From a virus: a stretch of 64,000 nt of DNA. The notes beneath the pieces are model-generated. The model had not been told where the DNA came from. It worked only from the letters and a program-made list of their open reading frames with translations, and did not search any database. Location: IMG/VR virus record IMGVR_UViG_3300008116_000018. The stretch is one strand, 5' to 3'. Below are positions 9,499 to 17,496 of the stretch, piece by piece. A program made the position numbers and the translations under genes. Each line of letters begins with the position of its first letter. The stretch's first letter is position 1.

Positions 9499-10206
9499 TC
9501 AAGTTCCTTCTCGTATACTTTTAATTATTGGAAATACCTTTGCAATTACTTCAGCACACGCCCTTGCAATTTCTGCGTGTTCTTTTTGTGTTCCGTTACC
9601 ATCTCTCAAATCGATGTAGTGGATCCATGATCTAAGTGTGCCATTAGCATAGAGCCTCGATACTGTAAGACCCTCTGGCAAAACTGCTCTCGCTTGCTCT
9701 TTTGCAATACCATTCTTAATAGCCCATTCATATTCTTTTTTTACTGCGTACAATACTCGCTTCTGGGCACGTTCCCATTCATATGCTAATAGTTTTTGCT
9801 TTTCATCGGACATATCAAGTTCTACAGAATTCTGACGATTCTTTGTGTCTTGCATTCTCGCTTCACGTAAAACAAATGCGTCATCAAGTTCGGCTGTAGG
9901 ATCAGCATAACGTTGACTGAATTCTTGAAACGAAAAACTTCTATGTCTCAATAACTGTCTTGCAATGTCTCTTGTTGTTTCTACTTCAATACATGCTGAC
10001 ACCATTTCAAGCGGCGACCAATGCTTATGCTTAATGAGATACTTGATAAGTTTCTCAGACGTTTCGCTGTTGGCTTGATTTGATGGGTTTGATACTCTTG
10101 CACAGTATGCTACAAGGTCTTGTAGATTTGGTAAATCGAATTCAAATTCATCTTGTTTGTTTGCCTCAATCGCTTGTTGTGAATAACTTATTAATTTTAT
10201 GTTCAT
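9499..10206 (-). CDS. thyX: Flavin-dependent thymidylate synthase
   Basis: RHRSFSFQEFSQRY ThyX signature; ATG at 10206 overlaps the primase stop. Confidence 0.95.
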   Translation of the reverse strand: MNIKLISYSQQAIEANKQDEFEFDLPNLQDLVAYCARVSNPSNQANSETSEKLIKYLIKHKHWSPLEMVSACIEVETTRDIARQLLRHRSFSFQEFSQRYADPTAELDDAFVLREARMQDTKNRQNSVELDMSDEKQKLLAYEWERAQKRVLYAVKKEYEWAIKNGIAKEQARAVLPEGLTVSRLYANGTLRSWIHYIDLRDGNGTQKEHAEIARACAEVIAKVFPIIKSIREGT

Positions 10207-11225
10207 CTCATCTTCCATATGTTGTATTCAAGTAGTGCTTTAGGACCACGAAAAGTAAATTTATTTATAGTATTCAAGATTTCATCCTGCGCTTTTCCGG
10301 CGAGTATCATATCATTTATATCTTTTTCTTCATACGTTTTGGGCCATATCACTACATTTGCATCTGTACTAATTGCATCACCAATCTCTCTCACGATTTC
10401 TTTATTGCGAGGTTCGTTGTCGTAAATCAATACTAACTTATCTTTCGGTAAGTGATTGAGTACATACTTCAGATTGGAGTTGCCAACTGCGACTGCATTG
10501 GGTAAGAATAGACTATCGATTGGTCCCTCAGTAACAAAAATAGTCTGTGTTATATCTATTCCGTTCATGTTGTAAATCATGGGCGAATCATCTTTTATTT
10601 TCATCACAAGATAACGTTGTTTCTCACCACGAATACCTCTGGCAGTCAAGCCAACTAATTCATCATCTCTATCATAGAACGGCAATACGATTCTAGGTTC
10701 TTCAGTCACAATCTTCTCTTCATACTCTGGAGAAAAGACTTTCAACTTCTGAACATTATCAACGTAGTATAGCGTCTTTAATTTGTCTTCAGGAATCTTT
10801 CGTGAACGTGCATATACAATCGCTTCATGCGTATCGTTGAGTTTAGATAGAGGAGTTAGAACACCTTTTAGATTGTCTGTTTTGTTACTGCCGAATACGA
10901 CAGGCTTAAAAATGAATCCGTGTTCTTTGTGCGCTTTGCGACCAGTTTCACCTTCTTTGTATCGCTCTAAGCAATACTCTTTGTAAAGGTTAGCATCAAC
11001 TGCTTTGATTAGACTGCCTAGCGAAATGCTGACTGCACAATTGTGGCACTTGTAGAAGAGTCCACCTTTTTGTGCAAAGATGTATCCACGTGCCTTGTTT
11101 CGATTTGTTTGGGAGTCACCGCAGATAGGGCATCTGAAGTTATAGGTGTAGTCGCCTTTGCGAACAAATTTGTCCAAGCGAACCGAGAGTGTACCAATGT
11201 ACTTTTGGTCAATCCAAATACTCAT
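10203..11225 (-). CDS. g61: DNA primase (T4 gp61-like)
   Basis: CPICGDS...CHNC zinc finger and TOPRIM motifs EGPIDS, YDNE, KDIND. Confidence 0.93.
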   Translation of the reverse strand: MSIWIDQKYIGTLSVRLDKFVRKGDYTYNFRCPICGDSQTNRNKARGYIFAQKGGLFYKCHNCAVSISLGSLIKAVDANLYKEYCLERYKEGETGRKAHKEHGFIFKPVVFGSNKTDNLKGVLTPLSKLNDTHEAIVYARSRKIPEDKLKTLYYVDNVQKLKVFSPEYEEKIVTEEPRIVLPFYDRDDELVGLTARGIRGEKQRYLVMKIKDDSPMIYNMNGIDITQTIFVTEGPIDSLFLPNAVAVGNSNLKYVLNHLPKDKLVLIYDNEPRNKEIVREIGDAISTDANVVIWPKTYEEKDINDMILAGKAQDEILNTINKFTFRGPKALLEYNIWKMR

Positions 11226-11262
11226 ATTTTCTCATTATATACAAAAAGTCTATCGAATGTAC

Positions 11263-11291
11263 ATTATAGCGTACATTCGACTGGAAGTCAA
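11263..11291 (-). promoter_or_regulatory. Sigma70-type promoter for primase
   Basis: TTGACT-N17-TATAAT; the -10 sits in the loop of a 10-bp inverted repeat. Confidence 0.75.
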
Positions 11292-11726
11292 TTAATTACC
11301 GAATAGTTTTGATACCGCATCTATTTTGATATTGGACATTATCCATGCGAGAACTACAATTGCGCCAGCGGCCATCCATTTCCATTCCATGATCTTACGC
11401 AATTCATTATCTTCTTTTTTATTATGCTCTTGGATTTCTTCACGGAGTGCTTTAATTTCATCCATGATTCTACGTTCCGTCAATTCTACCTTGTCGGAAA
11501 CTTCACGACTAATTGTAGTAATTCTAGAATGCAATTCTTTGATATCCGTGTTGGTATCTGCTTTTCTTTTTTCCATATCGTCATATATTTGATTGACCAT
11601 ACGGTCGTGATTAACCACCAGTTTTTCGATAACTGAGTCCATTTTACTACAAAGCTGTGTTATTGTCAATACTTGATTCTTCAAGACTTCCACATCAACT
11701 TTTAATTCTACTGTAGCATCACTCAT
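11292..11726 (-). CDS. Coiled-coil protein with C-terminal TM helix (possible lysis-related)
   Basis: Start at 11726 overlaps the o-spanin stop (ATGA); heptad-rich sequence followed by WMAAGAIVVLAWIM. Confidence 0.65.
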   Translation of the reverse strand: MSDATVELKVDVEVLKNQVLTITQLCSKMDSVIEKLVVNHDRMVNQIYDDMEKRKADTNTDIKELHSRITTISREVSDKVELTERRIMDEIKALREEIQEHNKKEDNELRKIMEWKWMAAGAIVVLAWIMSNIKIDAVSKLFGN

Positions 11727-11992
11727 TTGTTTAACTTCTCGAAAATTATTTTTTGTGTCTCGTACCATTCTATCCAACTGTCATTTCTAACCGCACATTC
11801 GTAATACGTTGTGTAGTTTTCGGTTACTGTTTTAGCTATGTCGGATAACTTAGCATCTTCGTTTAGGGTTTTTAACTGAGGGCACTTAATTTTTATTCTA
11901 TCTGGCGCATCAGGAAACTTTACTGTCACTGGAACGACAGTAGAACACCCCGATATTAATATAAGCAATAATGATGCAAGGTATTTAGTCAT
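11723..11992 (-). CDS. Outer-membrane spanin (Rz1-like lipoprotein)
   Basis: Lipobox LISGC, Pro-rich segment and conserved Cys; directly follows the i-spanin candidate. Confidence 0.8.
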   Translation of the reverse strand: MTKYLASLLLILISGCSTVVPVTVKFPDAPDRIKIKCPQLKTLNEDAKLSDIAKTVTENYTTYYECAVRNDSWIEWYETQKIIFEKLNK

Positions 11993-12435
11993 CTTGAATC
12001 CTTTGCCGCATTGTTATGCGCTATAAAAAATTCTTTAGGCAGTTCACAAATACCACCTGGCGCAAATTTAGTGTCATACTTTACAACTTCTCTGTCAACA
12101 TACTTGATAACTTCGTTGCCTTGCACTCTAACAATTTCAAGTTTCTTAACTATCTTTTCGACAATCTTTACATTTTCTTTAGCAGACTGCACTTGAACTT
12201 CTGCAACTTTTGCTTCAACATCTTTTACTTTAGCAAGCCAAGATTCATTGTCTGATATAGCACCTGCCATGTATGTACCAAAGCACAATGCTATGATAGA
12301 TATTACTTGTATCGGAATTTGATACAGCGATAAGAATGGAATGAACTTTAGAAAATACGTTGCAACAAGTCCAAGCAATCCTGCAAAGAAGACTGCATAG
12401 AAAACCCAATTAGGCAACCATTCTAAAATCCACAT
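11989..12435 (-). CDS. Inner-membrane spanin (Rz-like)
   Basis: N-terminal TM helices, coiled coil, and C-terminal C..P..F...HN pattern; coupled to a lipoprotein gene. Confidence 0.75.
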   Translation of the reverse strand: MWILEWLPNWVFYAVFFAGLLGLVATYFLKFIPFLSLYQIPIQVISIIALCFGTYMAGAISDNESWLAKVKDVEAKVAEVQVQSAKENVKIVEKIVKKLEIVRVQGNEVIKYVDREVVKYDTKFAPGGICELPKEFFIAHNNAAKDSR

Positions 12436-12440
12436 GACAA

Positions 12441-12560
12441 TTACTCTTTAGATGCGAATAATGAACGGACTTTAGTTTCTATTGCTTTAGCCCATTCTGG
12501 TTGAGGAAAGTGCCAACCTACAAATGCACCAACTAAAATCCAAAAAATTGTTTCTAACAT
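12441..12560 (-). CDS. Small membrane protein (39 aa)
   Basis: Not in the ORF track. Read by hand: MLETIFWILVGAFVGWHFPQPEWAKAIETKVRSLFASKE; AAGGA SD. Confidence 0.65.
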   Translation of the reverse strand: MLETIFWILVGAFVGWHFPQPEWAKAIETKVRSLFASKE

Positions 12561-12569
12561 ATCGTTTCC

Positions 12570-13610
12570 TTATACTGTGAATTTTTGATTATGCGTCATA
12601 AAGTTTTTCTTACGCATAACTGTCTTTGCTACCAAATCTAACTCTTCAGAGTCTCTGTCCCACTTCAAAACGAATGGTAAATTTATCTGAGTTTGCATGT
12701 CATTCAATACTGCTTCTGCATCAGGTCCCAATGCAGGAATCCTTTTGCCATATTTTTGAATAGTTTTCTTGAACAACAACTGCAACTCATCAACTGTAAT
12801 TGGTTTACCATTACGTGAATCATTTACTCTATCCAGAAAGTGCTTAGTGAAAGATACATCAACATTCAATATTTTGAACAATTGGTCTAAATATTTCTCT
12901 AACTCTTTTAATTGAGATTGGGATACTTCTTCAACCAAGTGCCTTGTTTCGAATTGTTCTGTGAACATACCACTTCGCCCATATCGCAAAAAAATCATCG
13001 AGCCAGTTTTATCATCCTGTAGAATGATTGGCTTCTTAGGATACTTTCTACCATACTCACGAATTGCATTTCCAACTTCATCACTACCAACATACTTTTC
13101 ATATTTAAGATATTTCTTTTTACCAGTACGTGCTTTATTGAAACGTTCTGTGTCAACAACAAACACATCATTCTTTGCGAATCTACGTATGAATGCTCTG
13201 CTTGCTGGAGGGTTACCATCTAGTCCCGCAATACCACCTGTCACGTTTGCAATATCTTCTTCTATGCCTTCTGACAAATATGTCTTGCCATTGTAGTAGT
13301 CTAAGAATTGTTCTTCTAGTGTTTCTTCTTTAATGTTCTTTTCTTCTTTGAGAAGGAACAATGCGGCCGCATAAGACGCAAGTTTATTTTTACCGAATGG
13401 CAATTTTTCCAAAACTCGTTTAAGTTTTAGAATCAATAAGTCAAACTTAGTGAATGAATCGTCTTGTACTGGTGTTCTCTTTTCTGAAGGCACAACAATG
13501 TTTCCTTCGTCATCGATGACGCCAGTTTTGTTTGCTTCCCACTCTGCGAACGGTGTAGTAAACAATCTTAAAATTCTATACACTAAGTATAAGTCTACTA
13601 AATTTGCCAC
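12570..13610 (-). CDS. Modular late hypothetical protein with possible C-terminal RNase-like module
   Basis: 346 aa; T4-like conserved N-domain; C-terminal FTKHFLDR...KTVMRK. Confidence 0.7.
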   Translation of the reverse strand: MANLVDLYLVYRILRLFTTPFAEWEANKTGVIDDEGNIVVPSEKRTPVQDDSFTKFDLLILKLKRVLEKLPFGKNKLASYAAALFLLKEEKNIKEETLEEQFLDYYNGKTYLSEGIEEDIANVTGGIAGLDGNPPASRAFIRRFAKNDVFVVDTERFNKARTGKKKYLKYEKYVGSDEVGNAIREYGRKYPKKPIILQDDKTGSMIFLRYGRSGMFTEQFETRHLVEEVSQSQLKELEKYLDQLFKILNVDVSFTKHFLDRVNDSRNGKPITVDELQLLFKKTIQKYGKRIPALGPDAEAVLNDMQTQINLPFVLKWDRDSEELDLVAKTVMRKKNFMTHNQKFTV

Positions 13611-13967
13611 TTATATTCTTCTCTTTAAAATGTTATACAATGCCAAGTCCAAAACTTCCACATCTTCTAATTTAATATACTCAAGATAGATTAAAAATGC
13701 ATTCAACACATCGTGATGATTTACATCTATCTTGAACCTTAACATATTGACAGCCGCTTCGACACCAAACACATTTGAAAGAGAAATTATGTGATTCAAA
13801 ATCAATCTCTCTTTCAACTCATCTTTATCTACATATTTGTTTATGAGTCTTTTAATGTACTTAATTATTTTCAAGTCATCAAGAAATTCTAAAACAGATA
13901 CACAATTTGGATTTATGTAGTTGCTTACTGCGTACTCATCAAAGTTATCATTATTTAATATAGACAT
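13611..13967 (-). CDS. Conserved T4-like hypothetical protein
   Basis: YINPNC...EFLDDLK...ERLILNHII pattern typical of environmental T4-like phages. Confidence 0.75.
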   Translation of the reverse strand: MSILNNDNFDEYAVSNYINPNCVSVLEFLDDLKIIKYIKRLINKYVDKDELKERLILNHIISLSNVFGVEAAVNMLRFKIDVNHHDVLNAFLIYLEYIKLEDVEVLDLALYNILKRRI

Positions 13968-14503
13968 TAGAATGAACTTAGTGCCACTCGCTTGATTGTC
14001 GATGCATCAACAGCAATATACAAATAGCTTGCGTCCCAAGAAATTGTACCCACACCCCAACCAACAGCAGTATTGTTTGAACTTGCTGGAGTTTGTGTTG
14101 TACGAATACGAATAGCGTCAGAGTTAATATCAAGTGCTTCAGTTGGAGCATCAGTCATAATGCCGATCTTATCTGCTGAAGCATCAACATAAAACATGTT
14201 TGTTTGATTGTCAGATGCAATTTTAGTATCGGAATCTGCAAGCGTACTATTAATCGAAACACCCCTAGTCAAAATGGATTGTGTGTTTGATGTTAACGTA
14301 AAGTTGTTTGCACCCAATGATGTAGTGCCACTAGCAATGATGCTAATTGCATTGACATTTAATGCTGATGTTGCACCAAAGAAGTTATCTACAGTAATTT
14401 TCTTACTTACTGGTGAACCTAATGGATCATCGATGATTAATAACAAATCATCTTTTGTTGCTACAGTCGATGCTGTTAGCTGTGTTACTTTTTTATCTGC
14501 CAT
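13967..14503 (-). CDS. Putative virion structural/fibre protein
   Basis: MADKKVTQL...DDLLLIID start; C-terminal WDASYLYIAV...KRVALS fibre-like motif. Confidence 0.65.
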   Translation of the reverse strand: MADKKVTQLTASTVATKDDLLLIIDDPLGSPVSKKITVDNFFGATSALNVNAISIIASGTTSLGANNFTLTSNTQSILTRGVSINSTLADSDTKIASDNQTNMFYVDASADKIGIMTDAPTEALDINSDAIRIRTTQTPASSNNTAVGWGVGTISWDASYLYIAVDASTIKRVALSSF

Positions 14504-14563
14504 TTCTTTTCCTTAATGTAAACCCAATTGAATGGGAATGCTACTTCCGGGACTCGGACCAAA

Positions 14564-14583
14564 ATGGGGACCTAAGTCCCCAT
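14564..14583 (-). terminator. Hairpin followed by U-tract
   Basis: Minus strand ATGGGGAC-TTAG-GTCCCCAT then TTT. Confidence 0.55.
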
Positions 14584-14589
14584 GTATTA

Positions 14590-15363
14590 TTAAGCAATCG
14601 TCAATACTGCGTTTGCAGATACTGTGTTTGCACCAGTACCGCCTGTAACAGACATTTGAACACGATAGATAGAACCGCTTACTGCAACTGAAGAGTTTGC
14701 AAAGTTTAGAGTTGTTGTCGTTGTGTTTGTGAATGTACCTGTGTTTGTCAAATCTGCGAATGCTACGTTAGCATTAGCCGCACGTTGCCAACGATAGTTA
14801 ATCGTAGCACCAGTTGGTACAGATGTTGTAGCAATAGTGAATGTGTTTGCGCTACCAGCAGTAACAGTTTTGCTTGTTGGTTGTGTACCAATAACAAGTC
14901 TGTAATCTGGATAAACTGTGTCTTCTGCATCAGTAGTAATTGTAGCAAGTGTGCAAAGAACTTCTGATTTTCTGCGAATGTTTCCGTGCATGTCTGTATA
15001 CACGTTTGTGTAAACCCATCCAGGAATTTCATTATTAGCTGTTGCTTCGCCTGCATCAACGCCATAAACGTTTCCGATGCTCTGTACTGTTGCACCAGAA
15101 CCAGCGGCAAGCCATTTCGGTGATTGTTCTAGCGTAGCACTAACACCTGTAGTATTAGCGATTGCCCAAGCTGGACTAATCGTCAATGCAGTATTGCTAG
15201 TGATTCCGATAATTTTTGCGAAAGTGCTGTTAACGGTAATAACATCACCAACTTGTGCTTCTGTTGTAAAAACTGTGCTAGTGCCAGTGACTGTAGCCGA
15301 ACCGTTTGTTGTTGCTACTGTACCCGTCAATGCAAGTGCTTCTTTGTTTCCCCATAGTGCCAT
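14590..15363 (-). CDS. Putative virion protein with Ig-like C-terminal domain
   Basis: Thr/Ala-rich; TQP...YRWQ...GSIYRV...VSANAVLTI Ig-like pattern; late promoter upstream. Confidence 0.7.
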   Translation of the reverse strand: MALWGNKEALALTGTVATTNGSATVTGTSTVFTTEAQVGDVITVNSTFAKIIGITSNTALTISPAWAIANTTGVSATLEQSPKWLAAGSGATVQSIGNVYGVDAGEATANNEIPGWVYTNVYTDMHGNIRRKSEVLCTLATITTDAEDTVYPDYRLVIGTQPTSKTVTAGSANTFTIATTSVPTGATINYRWQRAANANVAFADLTNTGTFTNTTTTTLNFANSSVAVSGSIYRVQMSVTGGTGANTVSANAVLTIA

Positions 15364-15378
15364 GGTGTTCTCCTTTTA

Positions 15379-15873
15379 TTAATATCCTAGTTTTCGTAAT
15401 TGTGAAATAGTGTTCATACTATTTATATGTCGTATTCCAATTCCTCCAGCAGAAACCCATTCTTTGATGTTTTTTTCATAATCATCAATTAATAGATTGC
15501 GGGTTCCGTCCTTATTTACTGCAAATTTCTGTTTATCCTCTCTCGGGACAAGATAAATGTGTTCTACATTACCCAAATGTTTGCGAACCCATTCAATCTT
15601 TTCAGGCTTACATGTCGCCATACGTTTGGATGGTGTAGATAACACAAATGGATTGTGCGGTCTGATATATCTCCATAGCGTCATAGCGTCAGACATAGGC
15701 TCTAAGTTAGCCCAAAACTTTGGAACTTTACTTAGTGCTTCCCATTTGACATTCTTTTCTTCTTGCTGAAAAGGCTGTAGTCCTTGTGCAGTCAATACTT
15801 TATTTGCACCGCCCATAAAGTTGACTAACACTTGGTCCATGTCACAATATATTTGTGGCAATTCGTTATTCAT
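15379..15873 (-). CDS. HAD-family 5'(3')-deoxyribonucleotidase-like protein
   Basis: YCDMDQVL (DxD), LSTP and LLIDD HAD motifs. Confidence 0.8.
   Translation of the reverse strand: MNNELPQIYCDMDQVLVNFMGGANKVLTAQGLQPFQQEEKNVKWEALSKVPKFWANLEPMSDAMTLWRYIRPHNPFVLSTPSKRMATCKPEKIEWVRKHLGNVEHIYLVPREDKQKFAVNKDGTRNLLIDDYEKNIKEWVSAGGIGIRHINSMNTISQLRKLGY
15420..15427 (-). promoter_or_regulatory. T4-type late promoter (TATAAATA)
   Basis: Exact gp55 consensus about 57 nt upstream of the 14590..15363 gene. Confidence 0.6.
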
Positions 15874-15874
15874 T

Positions 15875-17482
15875 TTATTTTGCCGCATCTTTCAATTCGG
15901 GATTGATTTCGATTGGTTCTTTTTTACCAGTCAATGCATCACCCTTTTGAACTGTAGACTTGTTAGGTACTTCTTCTTCTTTTATTTTTTTCTTAATGTT
16001 TTTGAAAGATTTAGGTTTTTTAGCTTCAAGTACAACTTCTTCTTTGTTTAAAAGATTGTGATAGCGAACTGCTTTTTTCAAGTCTTTTCTTGCGTCTGGA
16101 TTCTTTGGATCACCTGCTTTGTCAAAATGATCGTCTGATTTTGCCTTTGCTTCAATACCACGCTTGATAGCTTTAATCTTATTCATTAAACCTTCAGACA
16201 TTTTCTTTCTAGCGGCTAATGCGGCTAGCTTTGCACGTTTGTCGGCAGCCTCTTTATCATGTGGCTTGTCGCTTGGCTTAACGTTCTTGTCGTATGCGTC
16301 ACTCTCTTCCATATCTTTTGGCTTCTTACCAGCCTTCTTCATTGCAATAGCAATGGCGGCTTGTTGTGCAGGGCTACCAGCTTCATCCAATTGAACTTCT
16401 TCAATGTACATGTTCAACTCATACTTCTGATTGTCCATGTTGTACACTTGAAGATGCAATGCTTTCTTAGATTCTTTGCCGTCTTTCTTTAACTTAACAG
16501 AAAATGAATTTGTTTTGCCTGACGATGGCTTCTTAGGACCGGTCGCAACTTTGTCGTGCCAGTCATCCATGTCTACTTCAAAGCCACGCTTCTCTGCTTG
16601 CTTGATAGCTGTCTGTACTGCACCAGAATAATCTTTGTGATAAACTTCGTAGTCAGACTTCGCTTCATCCATACGCCCATTAGATGCAAGTCTTTCTTTG
16701 CGTCTTTGTGCGGCAAAGTCTGCACCTTGTGGCTGTTTCTTTTTACTACGCAAATGCGCTAAGTCACTGCCATCAATTTTACCATTCTTGTTCTTGTCTA
16801 ATGCTTTTTGTTTTGGTGACAACTCCTCAGTCTTCTTACGTAAGTGTGCTAAATCAAATCCGTCAATCTTGCCGTTTTTGTTTTTATCAATTTCTTTTTG
16901 CTTCGGTGATAACTCTTCGGTTTTCTGCTTTGCATCATTGTCAAATTGTTTTCTAGTTGCTTTCATAATGCCAGAGAAACGCTTGTTACCTTTTTTTATA
17001 TCGCCTGCTTTATCGGCAGCCGTTGCATCAGCGCCAGCTTTCTTTTTGTAGTCTGCTAGTTTATCTGTTGACAATTCGGCAAGTTGAATTTCTTCTTTCA
17101 TGTTTTTTCTAGCAACACGATTCTGTGCAAGTTTAGATACGAACTTAACTTCAGCGCCAGCAAGAGATTGTAAAGATTTCAAATCTAATCTATCAAGCAT
17201 AGCAATCAATTTCTTGTATGTGTCACTTGATGGATCGATTGTATTAATCTTAGAGTACTCTGCTTTCAAAGCGGCGATCTGAGATGGGCTAAAAGATTCT
17301 TCAATGCCTTCTTTGACTTGCAAAGATTTCTTTTGCTGTTGAAGTGCGGCACGTTCTTTCTCTTGCTTCAAACGTAACTGAATTGACTTCAATGTCAATT
17401 GGGCACGTTTCTCAGATTGCTTTGTATCTGCAACTTTTGTTCCAGAGCCAACTTCTGCTTCTTGAATATTTTTATCTGTCAT
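15875..17482 (-). CDS. Lys/Ala-rich modular protein, probable internal head protein
   Basis: 535 aa of short modules separated by (I/L/V/M)xE sites; GGTGGAG SD. Confidence 0.7.
   Translation of the reverse strand: MTDKNIQEAEVGSGTKVADTKQSEKRAQLTLKSIQLRLKQEKERAALQQQKKSLQVKEGIEESFSPSQIAALKAEYSKINTIDPSSDTYKKLIAMLDRLDLKSLQSLAGAEVKFVSKLAQNRVARKNMKEEIQLAELSTDKLADYKKKAGADATAADKAGDIKKGNKRFSGIMKATRKQFDNDAKQKTEELSPKQKEIDKNKNGKIDGFDLAHLRKKTEELSPKQKALDKNKNGKIDGSDLAHLRSKKKQPQGADFAAQRRKERLASNGRMDEAKSDYEVYHKDYSGAVQTAIKQAEKRGFEVDMDDWHDKVATGPKKPSSGKTNSFSVKLKKDGKESKKALHLQVYNMDNQKYELNMYIEEVQLDEAGSPAQQAAIAIAMKKAGKKPKDMEESDAYDKNVKPSDKPHDKEAADKRAKLAALAARKKMSEGLMNKIKAIKRGIEAKAKSDDHFDKAGDPKNPDARKDLKKAVRYHNLLNKEEVVLEAKKPKSFKNIKKKIKEEEVPNKSTVQKGDALTGKKEPIEINPELKDAAK
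16748..16925 (-). repeat. Tandem duplication (about 29 aa) with EF-hand-like loop
   Basis: KTEELSPKQKEIDKNKNGKIDGFDLAHLR followed by KTEELSPKQKALDKNKNGKIDGSDLAHLR. Confidence 0.9.
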
Positions 17483-17496
17483 TTTTTATCTCCACC

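Noticed and set aside
10262-10269. TATAAATA inside primase as a late promoter for thyX
   Set aside because: It lies within AT-rich coding sequence upstream of a non-late gene and may be chance; not listed as a feature.
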